DNA of 64,000 bases from Nitrospira sp. (GCA_025360665.1 JANYBU010000288.1:5855-69854), one strand, 5' to 3'; positions 35,430 to 44,315 are shown, counted from the first letter of the stretch. Notes: generated by a model not told the origin, from the letters alone. Made by a program: numbers and translations.

Positions 35430-36233
35430 ATGAAATCACGACGTCTGTATGCATTGGTTTTGCTGACACTCATCCTCGCCAGTCCCTATCCTGCGCGCGC
35501 GGAATCTGTCGATCGTGTCTCTTCAGCGGTGCGTGTGGCGCAGGGGTCTGAGTTCCGCGCCATGAAGCGTGGCCCTGCTCTCGCCCCAGCGGTTCACCAG
35601 TTGCACCCAGACGACATTCAACGAAGCATCCTGCGTTTTCTTGAGCAGGAAATGGCGGGACAGGTGCGCGCGATTCATGCCACGATGGTGGACCCGCAAG
35701 AACCGATCCAGGTACCGCCCGGCAGCATGGGATTGACGATCACCCCGCACGGACTTGACGAGGGCCTCGGGCGTCGGACCTTTCATGTTCAGATCAATGC
35801 GAACGGCAGGCCGTGGCAGACGATCGATGCCACCGCGGATATCGGGGCATCCGTCGATGCCGTCGTGCCGATCAGGGTCATCAAGGTTGACGATCTGATC
35901 GACGCGGAGGACGTGACCATCCAGCGAATCAAACTGAGAGAGTTAAACCATCAGTTGGCGACAAACCTGAACGATGTCATTGGGAGAAGTGCGGCGCGTC
36001 CGTTGCCGGCCAACATGCCGATTCGTTTGGGGACGGTCAAGAATCCCTACGCCGTTCGCAAGGGCGATCGTGTGGCCATTGAGGCGAGGCACGGGGGCCT
36101 CTCGATTCAGGTGACCGGCGTGACCAAGTCGAATGGAGAGCTCGGCCAGTCCATTACGGTGGCCAACGTTGATTCCGGTAAAGAATTGCGCGCGAAGATT
36201 GTCGCGCCGGGAGTCGTGCGTGTTGAGTATTAG
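35430..36233 (+). CDS. flgA: P-ring assembly chaperone FlgA
   Basis: 267 aa. Signal peptide, then a C-terminal SAF/ChapFlgA segment (VRKGDRVAIEARHGGLSIQVTGVTKSNGELGQSITVANVDSGKELRAKIVAPGVVRV). Confidence 0.9.
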   Translation: MKSRRLYALVLLTLILASPYPARAESVDRVSSAVRVAQGSEFRAMKRGPALAPAVHQLHPDDIQRSILRFLEQEMAGQVRAIHATMVDPQEPIQVPPGSMGLTITPHGLDEGLGRRTFHVQINANGRPWQTIDATADIGASVDAVVPIRVIKVDDLIDAEDVTIQRIKLRELNHQLATNLNDVIGRSAARPLPANMPIRLGTVKNPYAVRKGDRVAIEARHGGLSIQVTGVTKSNGELGQSITVANVDSGKELRAKIVAPGVVRVEY

Positions 36234-36930
36234 CCGCTGTCACAGGTCTGTCCGGCTGGCTATCGCGCTGAGCGTCGCGTTCGTCAACGCCGGGTGCTAC
36301 CTTCATGCCTCGCCCAATGTGGCCAACAAACTGACGGTCCCTCCCTTGCCGCCTCCCAAAACCCTCGGCTCGCTTTGGCAAGAAGAAAACGGGCGTGCCT
36401 ACCTGTATGAAGATCTGCGAGCCATGCGGGTCGGCGATATCCTGACGATAAAGATTGTAGAAAAGCATGCGGGGTCCAAGTCAGCCGACACGAGCGCGGA
36501 ACGACAATCGACGTTGAATCATTCGTTAAGCGGATCCGCGATCGGGTACATCGGTATTCCCGGGGTTCGGCTCGGTGGCGAGGCAATGCGGGGGATGGGG
36601 ATTAATGCCAACGCGTCGAACAAGTTTGGCGGCAAAGGGGCCACCAACCGTGAAGATACGCTGACTGGGACAATTTCCACCATTGTGACCGAGGTCCTGC
36701 CGAACGGGGATCTGCGAGTTGAAGGTAAGAGGGAAGTTACCGTCAACAGCGAGACGCAGTTGATGACGATCAGCGGCATCGTCCGACGCGTGGACGTCGA
36801 CACCAAGAACACGGTGTTGTCGAGCGCCATTGCTGATGCGAAAATTGAATACTCCGGTTTGGGCGTTGTGGATGACGTTCAACGGCCTGGATGGCTGGTT
36901 CGGGTGTTCGACTGGATCTCTCCCTTCTGA
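36220..36930 (+). CDS. flgH: Flagellar L-ring lipoprotein FlgH
   Basis: About 236 aa. Lipobox (AFVNAGC), then GSLWQEE...YEDLRAMRVGDILTIKIVE and NREDTLTGTISTIVTEVLPNGDLRVEGKREV. I place the start at GTG 36220 or TTG 36223. The track start 36133 lies inside flgA. Confidence 0.9.
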   Translation: MLSISRCHRSVRLAIALSVAFVNAGCYLHASPNVANKLTVPPLPPPKTLGSLWQEENGRAYLYEDLRAMRVGDILTIKIVEKHAGSKSADTSAERQSTLNHSLSGSAIGYIGIPGVRLGGEAMRGMGINANASNKFGGKGATNREDTLTGTISTIVTEVLPNGDLRVEGKREVTVNSETQLMTISGIVRRVDVDTKNTVLSSAIADAKIEYSGLGVVDDVQRPGWLVRVFDWISPF

Positions 36931-36934
36931 TGCC

Positions 36935-37213
36935 ATGGAGGTGAAGAGCGTGAAGCACAACATGAGATGGGCGGCAGGCATCTCCTGGGAGGAGTGGCAC
37001 CGCATGGTCGTGATGCGATCTTTGAAAATGATGGTCATGAGCGGGGTCGTCCGTCGGGCCAATCTTAATCCCCCGCTGGTTCACTTCGACTCAGCGGAGG
37101 GTGGATCGGATGGGCAGGGAGGGGATCAACCCTCTGCGGACAGCCTGGCGGAACCAGGTTGGCTCGCCAGAATGTTTTTTAGTCGGGAGTACCTCTTGCG
37201 CCGACACCATTGA
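36935..37213 (+). other. Possible 92-aa ORF filling the flgH-flgI spacer (unsupported hypothetical)
   Basis: ATG 36935 follows the flgH stop by 4 nt, and the stop TGA 37211-37213 overlaps the flgI TTG start. G/C is enriched at codon position 3, but the protein (MEVKSVKHNMRWAAGISWEEW...) has no recognisable motif. Confidence 0.25.
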
Positions 37214-38379
37214 CGATGAACACGTTACAGGACACCATCACTATGACCATCGCGAAGCTCAGTATCGTTGCCGCACTTCTCGTTACGATGATTGGGGTGA
37301 CACCGGCTTGGGCCGTTCGGATCAAAGACCTGGGCTCCTTCGAAGGCGTTCGGGAGAACCAATTGATCGGCTATGGGCTCGTCGTCGGCTTGGATCGTAC
37401 CGGGGACCAAGTCATCGGCGGTCAGTTCACGATCCAAGCCATGATGTCGATGTTGAATAAGATGGGTGTCAACCTCGTGATCAATCCGATCCAGTTGCTG
37501 ACGCGTAACATCGCCTCGGTGATGGTGACGGCCAAATTACCGCCCTTTGCCAAGCCAGGTTTGACGGTCGATGTCCTCGTCTCTTCGATGGCTAATGCGA
37601 AGAGTTTGCAAGGTGGTACCTTGTTACTCACTCCGCTGAAGGCAGCGAATCAGCAAGTCTACGCCGTGGCGCAAGGACCGGTTTCGATCGGGGGGTTCTT
37701 GGGAGGAACGGGGGGACCGGGCGGTTCCACCGTGACCAAAAATCATCAGTCAGCCGGGAGTGTGCCTGGTGGGGCCATCATCGAAAAGGAGGTGGCCATT
37801 GATGTGGAATCGTGGGAAACCGTATCGGTGCTCCTGCGTCAACCGGATTTCACGACGGCGATTAGGACGACCGAAGCCATCGACGGCGTCTTCGGGAAGG
37901 GGAGTGCGACCGCCGTCAATGCAGGGTTGGTACGGGCAACCATTCCTGAAAGTTTTCGCGGCCGGGTCGTGGAATACATCGCTACGATCGAAGGGTTGGA
38001 CGTTGCCGTCGACATGTCGGCAAGAGTGGTTGTGAATGAACGAACCGGCACCGTAGTCCTCGGAGAACATGTCCGTATCTCCACCTGCGCCATCTCTCAT
38101 GGCAACCTCACAATCTCGGTCAAGAATACGCTCAATGTGTCGCAGCCCCCCGCTTCCTTGCTTGGTGGGCCTTCTGGTGGACAGACGACCGTGACTGAGG
38201 ATGTTCAGACTGAGGCGAAGGAGCAGGAGTCCAGATTGATGGTGGTGGATGAAACGGTGACGCTCGGAGAGGTGGTGCGAGCACTGAATGCGGTCGGGGT
38301 GACTCCGAGGGACTTGGTCGCAATTTTGTCAGCTCTTCGATCAGCAGGTGCCCTTCAGGCGAATCTTGATATTATATAG
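37210..38379 (+). CDS. flgI: Flagellar P-ring protein FlgI
   Basis: 389 aa. Signal peptide, then RIKDLGSFEGVRENQLIGYGLVVGLDRTGD and the FlgI body. An alternative start is ATG 37216. Confidence 0.95.
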   Translation: MTMNTLQDTITMTIAKLSIVAALLVTMIGVTPAWAVRIKDLGSFEGVRENQLIGYGLVVGLDRTGDQVIGGQFTIQAMMSMLNKMGVNLVINPIQLLTRNIASVMVTAKLPPFAKPGLTVDVLVSSMANAKSLQGGTLLLTPLKAANQQVYAVAQGPVSIGGFLGGTGGPGGSTVTKNHQSAGSVPGGAIIEKEVAIDVESWETVSVLLRQPDFTTAIRTTEAIDGVFGKGSATAVNAGLVRATIPESFRGRVVEYIATIEGLDVAVDMSARVVVNERTGTVVLGEHVRISTCAISHGNLTISVKNTLNVSQPPASLLGGPSGGQTTVTEDVQTEAKEQESRLMVVDETVTLGEVVRALNAVGVTPRDLVAILSALRSAGALQANLDII

Positions 38380-38401
38380 ATAGCGTATGATATTATTATA
38401 G

Positions 38402-38857
38402 ATGTACATCTACACGCAGGAATCAGAGGGCTTTATCTTGAATCACGATCTTACAGGGCTCAGTTCTATAAGACAGACGGCTGATGCTCAATTGAGCTTC
38501 TCGCAGCCTGCAATACTAAGAACGCAGGAGCGGCAAGCAGGGATGGCCTCTCTCAATAATGCCGCGCAGGAATTTGAAAGTTATTTTATCGCTAATCTAT
38601 TGAAAGTTATGAGAGAAACGGTTCCAAAAGTGGCTGTAGACAATAAAGGCGGCGCCTATTTTTACTCGTTTTACGACCAGGAGATCGGCCGCCTAGCAGC
38701 AGAGTCTGGCGGGCTTGGATTGGCCAGATTGATTCATGAATATACGGAAAAAAACTCATTTCTCCCCTCAAGTTTTCAGGCTCACAAGCCGATAGAGGAG
38801 CCGACAGGTATTAATGCCCCAGTTCCAGTAGCACGCACTCAGAGTATTCGGGGCTAA
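38402..38857 (+). CDS. flgJ: Rod-binding FlgJ-like protein (single domain, no muramidase)
   Basis: 151 aa. AAQEFESYFIANLLKVMRETVPK...FYSFYDQEIGRLAAESGGLGLARLI matches the FlgJ N-terminal rod-binding domain. No glucosaminidase or peptidase domain follows. The gene looks AT-richer than its neighbours by eye. Confidence 0.8.
   Translation: MYIYTQESEGFILNHDLTGLSSIRQTADAQLSFSQPAILRTQERQAGMASLNNAAQEFESYFIANLLKVMRETVPKVAVDNKGGAYFYSFYDQEIGRLAAESGGLGLARLIHEYTEKNSFLPSSFQAHKPIEEPTGINAPVPVARTQSIRG
38768..38794 (+). promoter_or_regulatory. Sigma28 promoter upstream of flgM (inside the 3' end of flgJ)
   Basis: cCTCAAG-ttttcaggctcacaa-GCCGATAGAG (TCAA-N16-GCCGATA). flgM carries a sigma28-dependent promoter in the enteric paradigm. 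Confidence 0.65.
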
Positions 38858-38879
38858 TTGAGGGAGAGGAGACAAGGTT

Positions 38880-39182
38880 ATGCAGATCTCAGGTCATGGC
38901 AGAGCCGATCATCTTGCCACACTGCTGCTCGGTGCCCAGGAGGGCGCTCCGGTCGGGCCGAATCGTCGCACATCTAGCGATGGTCGCAAAGATCGCGTGC
39001 AGATCTCTCAGCAGGCGAAGGAGATTCAACGGATTAGGGCCTTAGCGGATCAGCCGGACGCCGCACGTGAAGCACGCATCGAGCAGATTAGCCGGTCGGT
39101 GGAGGCCGGCACGTACAATGTTGCAGGGCGCAAGGTCGGGGATGCGGTCATTCGTCACGCATTGACCGACGCGGCGCTCTAA
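38880..39182 (+). CDS. flgM: Anti-sigma28 factor FlgM
   Basis: 100 aa. C-terminal RIEQISRSVEAGTYNVAGRKVGDAVIRHAL is typical of FlgM. It sits upstream of flgN. Confidence 0.85.
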   Translation: MQISGHGRADHLATLLLGAQEGAPVGPNRRTSSDGRKDRVQISQQAKEIQRIRALADQPDAAREARIEQISRSVEAGTYNVAGRKVGDAVIRHALTDAAL

Positions 39183-39272
39183 TCCGTCCTCTCTCTGTTT
39201 CGGGGAACCGATCTGAGCAGAAGGCGGCAGAGGCCCATACTGACTGAGACGAAACCCGACAGAAAGAGGCAC

Positions 39273-39782
39273 ATGTCCAACACCGCGTCCGCTGCCGCTT
39301 CCATTCTCGATATCTTCACTCGTGAAGAAGCCCACTGCGATCTGCTGCATCAGACCCTGCAACAGGAACGGAACGCCATCCGCCGGCTGTCCGTAACAGA
39401 ATTCCCCACGCTCAACGAGCAGCGGCTCAGCAATCTCCAACAGCTCCAATCTTTAGAGTCTGAACGTGCGGCAGTGGTTAATCGCTTCGCCGATGCCTGG
39501 GGCCTTCCCCGCACAACTGTCACGTTGCAGGCCATCATCGATCGGCTCGACATGGGGGACAAGCAAAACGTCGAGCGATGCCACGAGCGGCTCGCGGAGA
39601 AAGTCCGTGTGTTGCGCCAAGAAACCGCTGTGAATGGGTTGCTCGTGGCCGGCATCCAAACGCTGTGCCGCAAGGCGATGCATCTCACAGGCGAGGCCCT
39701 TCCGAAGCGGGACACCTATTCAGCGTCCGGGGAATCTCAACGCGTAGGGATCGGTGGCACCATGCTCAGGCAAAGAGGATAA
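39273..39782 (+). CDS. flgN: FlgN-family export chaperone (for FlgK/FlgL)
   Basis: 169 aa, helical. The FlgN-like N-terminus reads LLHQTLQQERNAIRRLSVTEFPTLNEQRLSNLQQLQSLE. It sits between flgM and flgK. Confidence 0.7.
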   Translation: MSNTASAAASILDIFTREEAHCDLLHQTLQQERNAIRRLSVTEFPTLNEQRLSNLQQLQSLESERAAVVNRFADAWGLPRTTVTLQAIIDRLDMGDKQNVERCHERLAEKVRVLRQETAVNGLLVAGIQTLCRKAMHLTGEALPKRDTYSASGESQRVGIGGTMLRQRG

Positions 39783-39791
39783 AGACGCATC

Positions 39792-41816
39792 ATGGGACTC
39801 GATGGATTACTCGATATCGGAAAAAGCGCACTCAGTGTCGCGCAACAGGCGCTGACAGTTACCGGTCACAACGTCGCCAATATCAACACGCCGGGCTATT
39901 CCCGGCAGGAGGCGGTAGTAACCGAACGGTCTCCGGTGGGTGGAAATCCAGGCCAGGTGGGAACCGGCGTCCAGGTCACACAGATCCGGCGCATCGTCGA
40001 CAGTTTTATCAACCGGGAAATTACGGCTTCCAATTCAGTGATCGGTCAACTCAACATCTCCAATGATCAATTGTCCCAGATCCAGAATATTTTCGGCGAT
40101 TCCAATAATCAAGGGATCGGCACGCAACTGACCGATTTTTTCAGTAGTCTCCAGGATGTTGCCTCAAGCCCCTCCGACGTCACCCCGCGCTCGGTGCTGC
40201 TGTCTAAAGCGAACTTTCTCACCAGCGGGTTTAATCAAGTGGCCGGCGAACTGTCTGCGCGTCGGAGCTCCGTGAACGATCAAGTGAAACAGACGATCAC
40301 CGAAATCAACAGCCTGACTTCGCAGATTGCAGAGCTGAACGGAAAGATCGTGTCCGCAGAGATGACAGGACAGAATGCCAACGATTTGCGCGATCAACGG
40401 GATCAGGCCATCAACGACCTGGCACAGCGCGTTGACATCTCGGTGATCGACGGGGGAAACGGTGCGGTATCCGTGTTTGTCGGGCGGGGTCAGGTGGTCG
40501 TCGAAAATACTATTTCGCGCAACCTGGTCGGCGTGGCCACGCTGGACAACGGTGGCATGGCGAACGTCCAATACGACATGGGGAATGGCAAGTCGATAGA
40601 CATTTCCTCGCTCATTTCAGGTGGCAAGCTCGCAGGTCTTCTCACGATCCGCGACACGATTATCCCGGGGCTTCAAACCTCCTTCGATAAGCTCTCGGCC
40701 AGCCTCGTGAACGAGGTCAACCAGATCCATCGGCAAGGGTACGGGCTCGACGGGTCGACGGGGCTCGATTTCTTCTCGCCGCTCACCGTGACGACGCATG
40801 ACAAGTCTACCAATCAGGGCAGCGCCACTCTCGCGAGCGGACCGATTACCGCGAACAGCCTGCTGACACTTCAGGATTACGAAATCAAATTTTCGACCCC
40901 GACCAGTTACTCCATCGTCAATACGACGACTGGGGCGACCATCAAGGGGAACTATACCGGCACCCCTGTCACGGCACCGAGCGCGGATGTGCCGGTGAAC
41001 ATCGTGACAGGAACCAACGACACAGTAGCGGTCACCGTTGATGGAACCGCGTCCGGAACGATCACCTTGACAGGGGCTGCCTCGCCGGGACAATCGTACA
41101 CGAGTGGAGCCTCCCTGGCGGCGGAGTTGCAAACGAAGATTAATGCGGATGCCACCCTCTCAGCGGCGGGGAAAAGTGTCGCGGTCACCTATGACACGAC
41201 GACCAGCCGCTTCATTATCACTTCGAACGCCTCGACAGCGGCCTCCGCGGTCAATGTCACCGGGGGGACTGCGCAAGCCACACTTGGGCTTAGCGCTGGA
41301 ACCAGCACGGCCGCGTCAGGAACCTATGCCGGCCCACAAACATTCGCGATCGACGGTATACAGGTGACCTTAAGCGGGACAGCCGCGACCAATGACGTGT
41401 TCTCCTTCAATTCCTACAGCGATACGGCTAAGTCGATCAGCATGTCACTGACGAGCGCCGGCAAGGTCGCCGCGTCTTCAACCAGGGCCGGTGTTCCCGG
41501 TAATAACGATATTGTGATGGCGCTGGTCGCCTTGCAAACAAAAGCCTTATCCACCCTTGGCAGTGCTACGTTCAACGACGCCTATCGAACTGCCGCCACC
41601 GGCGTGGGAGTGGCGGCTCAATCCGCGAATGGCAAACTCCAGGCCCAAACGATGCTGCAAGAGCAATTAGACTCGTTCAGGGCCCAGTCGTCCGGCGTCT
41701 CGATCGATGAGGAACTGGTCAATGTCATGAAGTATCAGCGTGCATTTGAGGCGGCATCCCGGCTCATTATCGCGACGGACGAGATGCTACAAACGTTGCT
41801 GGACTTGAAGAAGTAA
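39792..41816 (+). CDS. flgK: Hook-filament junction protein 1 FlgK
   Basis: 674 aa. N-terminal LLDIGKSALSVAQQALTVTGHNVANINTPGYSRQ and C-terminal SGVSIDEELVNVMKYQRAFEAASRLIIATDEMLQTLLDL. Confidence 0.95.
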   Translation: MGLDGLLDIGKSALSVAQQALTVTGHNVANINTPGYSRQEAVVTERSPVGGNPGQVGTGVQVTQIRRIVDSFINREITASNSVIGQLNISNDQLSQIQNIFGDSNNQGIGTQLTDFFSSLQDVASSPSDVTPRSVLLSKANFLTSGFNQVAGELSARRSSVNDQVKQTITEINSLTSQIAELNGKIVSAEMTGQNANDLRDQRDQAINDLAQRVDISVIDGGNGAVSVFVGRGQVVVENTISRNLVGVATLDNGGMANVQYDMGNGKSIDISSLISGGKLAGLLTIRDTIIPGLQTSFDKLSASLVNEVNQIHRQGYGLDGSTGLDFFSPLTVTTHDKSTNQGSATLASGPITANSLLTLQDYEIKFSTPTSYSIVNTTTGATIKGNYTGTPVTAPSADVPVNIVTGTNDTVAVTVDGTASGTITLTGAASPGQSYTSGASLAAELQTKINADATLSAAGKSVAVTYDTTTSRFIITSNASTAASAVNVTGGTAQATLGLSAGTSTAASGTYAGPQTFAIDGIQVTLSGTAATNDVFSFNSYSDTAKSISMSLTSAGKVAASSTRAGVPGNNDIVMALVALQTKALSTLGSATFNDAYRTAATGVGVAAQSANGKLQAQTMLQEQLDSFRAQSSGVSIDEELVNVMKYQRAFEAASRLIIATDEMLQTLLDLKK

Positions 41817-41833
41817 CGCAGAGAGATGAGGCT

Positions 41834-44302
41834 ATGAGAGTCACCGAACAACAGACCTACAACCTTCTGGTCAATAGCATTCAGCGTGCTAGAGCGAAGG
41901 CGCTGGCGACGCAGGTGCAAATTTCATCCGGCAAGAAAGTAGTCCAACCGTCTGATGACGCCAGCGCGTTTGACCGCATCGTGTCGACCAAAGCCTCGAT
42001 TGGGAAAGTTGACCAACACGTCCGCAACCTTGACGTCGCCACGACTCGCCTTGACCTGACGGACAGCACGTTGAGCGGTGTGACAAACGTCCTGGCACGG
42101 ATCAAGGAACTCGCCGTTCAGTTTGCCAGCAGCACGAATGGTCCTTCCGACCGGGAGATCGGCGCGCAGGAAGTGAAACAGCTCTTCCTCCAGCTCCAAC
42201 AACTTGGGAACACTGAATATGCCGGGGGGCAATCGGTCTTCAGCGGCACCAGCCGGAATGGGCGTGCCACGGGTGTCTCCATTACCGCCCCCGTCGCACT
42301 GACAAGCGGCACCAATGATTCACTGATTGTTAAGGTCGATGGGACTACGTCCGGAACGATTACCCTCGGGACCGCATCACTGAGCGGTTCCGGATTGGCC
42401 GCACTCGTACAAAGCAAGATTAATGCGGATGCCACCCTGTCAGCGGCAGGAAAAAGCGTAACGGTGACCTTCGACACCGATCATCTCGTCGTCACATCAA
42501 ACAATAACGGCCAGACGTCCTCAGTCGAAGTTATCGGCGGAAGCGGCCTCACGAGTCTCGGCTTCAACGGCGGCAGCACGACCACGGGGTTTTCTCCCTT
42601 TGCCCTCCGCGCTTCGACGAGTGTCGGTGCGCGGAATACGGTCGGCGGCGCCGCGATCTCGCAAGGGACGGTGCAGAACCAGAACGCCGCCACCCTCAAC
42701 GACTATCTGGTGAAGTTCAGCGCCGCGACCACATTCGATGTCTACAACGTTTCCACGGCCGTGAATGTCGTGGCGAACAGCACGAATACCGGAGGCGCGG
42801 TGAAGAGCGACAGCGGCGTGGTCGATACCAGCCGCGTGACACTGGACAACTACGAGGTACGATTGAAGAATATCTATACGGTGACGGCCGGGACCAATGA
42901 CGGGATTCAATTCGATCCCGGCACGGGCCCGGTGACGGCAACGCTGGCCCCCGGCGTGTATACCGGCGCCCAACTTGCTGTCCAGGTTAAGGCCGCCATG
43001 GAGGCGGTAAGCGGGGGGACGACCTACACGGTCGGCTTTAACGAGACCACCGGCAAGTTTGATATCACAAACAATGGGAGCAACGCGACGGCTCTGAGCC
43101 TTCTGTACTCCAACGCGGCTTCGACAGCCAAGTCATTGCTTGGTTCGTCCGGAACCGACCAAAGCGCCATTGCGGTTGGTAGCACCGCGACGAGCAATGT
43201 GGATACGACCGGGTTGGCCGGAGTATCCAAGCAATCGAACGTGTACGATACCACCCTCGCGACCAACATCTTCAACATCACCTCGTCCAATAACAAGTTG
43301 ATCGTCAACGATACGGCGGGTGGGGCCGGAGCCGATACGACGATTACACTGTCTCTTGGCAGCTATACCGGGGCGCAGCTGGCGACGGAGTTGGCGACGC
43401 AGTTGAACGCAAGCCGAGCCGCTGCCAATACGGTCGCCTACACGGTGTCATCCGGATCCGTTACGGCCGGCCGGTTCACGATCAACAACCCAGCCGGCAA
43501 TGCCAATTCGCTCATCATAAAGTTCGGCAATGCCGGCTCCACCGCCGCGCAGATCCTGGGCTCGACGGCCGCCACCGTGACGGAGACCGTGGGGGCCTCT
43601 GCCTCCACGCTGAACCACGATGCGGGCTATACGACGTATCTGTCCGGCGCGAGCATCGACTTCGACGGGCTTCGGGTCGTCCTGCAGGATGGGACAACGG
43701 GACCGCGCAACGGGGACGTGTTCACTGTCGCGCAAGCACGGAAAACGGTATTGTCGAATCAGTCCTATGTCTCCGGCGGCGCGATCGACATAGAGGGTCT
43801 GCGGTTCTCGCTTCGCGACGGCGCGACGGCTTCGGCAAGCGGCGATCTGTTCACGGTCCAGACGGGAGTGCAATACCAGGGCAATTCGGGACTGCAAACC
43901 ATCGAGATCGGCGACGGGCAGACGGTCAAGACCAATATGCCAGGGAATCAGATTTTTAGCGGCCCTACAACCGACCTCTTCAACTCCGTGAAAAACCTCG
44001 CCGCAGCGTTGAACGGCAACTATGGGGGGGGGATTCAACAAAGCTTAACCAACGTCGATGCAGCGGTGGATCAGGTCGCTATTGCGCAGGGTGAAGTCGG
44101 TGCGTTGTCCAATCAGCTCGTAACGACTAAGACAAGCCTCGATGACACCAAGACCTTTCTCACGACCATTCTCTCCAACAACGAAGATGTCGATCTGGTG
44201 GCAGCCATTTCGGAGTTGACGCTCCAGCAGCAAGCCATTCAAGCAGCGGGGGCAACCCTCAATCGTATTTTCGAAAGCTCCCTTCTCAACTTCTTGAAAT
44301 AA
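41834..44302 (+). CDS. flgL: Hook-filament junction protein 3 FlgL (unusually long, 822 aa)
   Basis: N-terminal MRVTEQQTYNLLVNSIQRARAKALATQVQISSGKKVVQPSDDASAF and C-terminal NEDVDLVAAISELTLQQQAIQAAGATLNRIFESSLLNFL are FlgL/flagellin-superfamily termini. It follows flgK. The central ~550 aa consist of repeated modules. Confidence 0.85.
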   Translation: MRVTEQQTYNLLVNSIQRARAKALATQVQISSGKKVVQPSDDASAFDRIVSTKASIGKVDQHVRNLDVATTRLDLTDSTLSGVTNVLARIKELAVQFASSTNGPSDREIGAQEVKQLFLQLQQLGNTEYAGGQSVFSGTSRNGRATGVSITAPVALTSGTNDSLIVKVDGTTSGTITLGTASLSGSGLAALVQSKINADATLSAAGKSVTVTFDTDHLVVTSNNNGQTSSVEVIGGSGLTSLGFNGGSTTTGFSPFALRASTSVGARNTVGGAAISQGTVQNQNAATLNDYLVKFSAATTFDVYNVSTAVNVVANSTNTGGAVKSDSGVVDTSRVTLDNYEVRLKNIYTVTAGTNDGIQFDPGTGPVTATLAPGVYTGAQLAVQVKAAMEAVSGGTTYTVGFNETTGKFDITNNGSNATALSLLYSNAASTAKSLLGSSGTDQSAIAVGSTATSNVDTTGLAGVSKQSNVYDTTLATNIFNITSSNNKLIVNDTAGGAGADTTITLSLGSYTGAQLATELATQLNASRAAANTVAYTVSSGSVTAGRFTINNPAGNANSLIIKFGNAGSTAAQILGSTAATVTETVGASASTLNHDAGYTTYLSGASIDFDGLRVVLQDGTTGPRNGDVFTVAQARKTVLSNQSYVSGGAIDIEGLRFSLRDGATASASGDLFTVQTGVQYQGNSGLQTIEIGDGQTVKTNMPGNQIFSGPTTDLFNSVKNLAAALNGNYGGGIQQSLTNVDAAVDQVAIAQGEVGALSNQLVTTKTSLDDTKTFLTTILSNNEDVDLVAAISELTLQQQAIQAAGATLNRIFESSLLNFLK

Positions 44303-44315
44303 GAGGTGGCGTCCC

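Noticed and set aside
41834-44302. Could the 822-aa protein be the flagellin (FliC) rather than FlgL?
   Set aside because: Its position is immediately after flgK, and its N-terminus starts MRVT...Q.Y. with a short first helix. No sigma28 promoter lies directly upstream. These points favour FlgL, although a profile search should confirm it.
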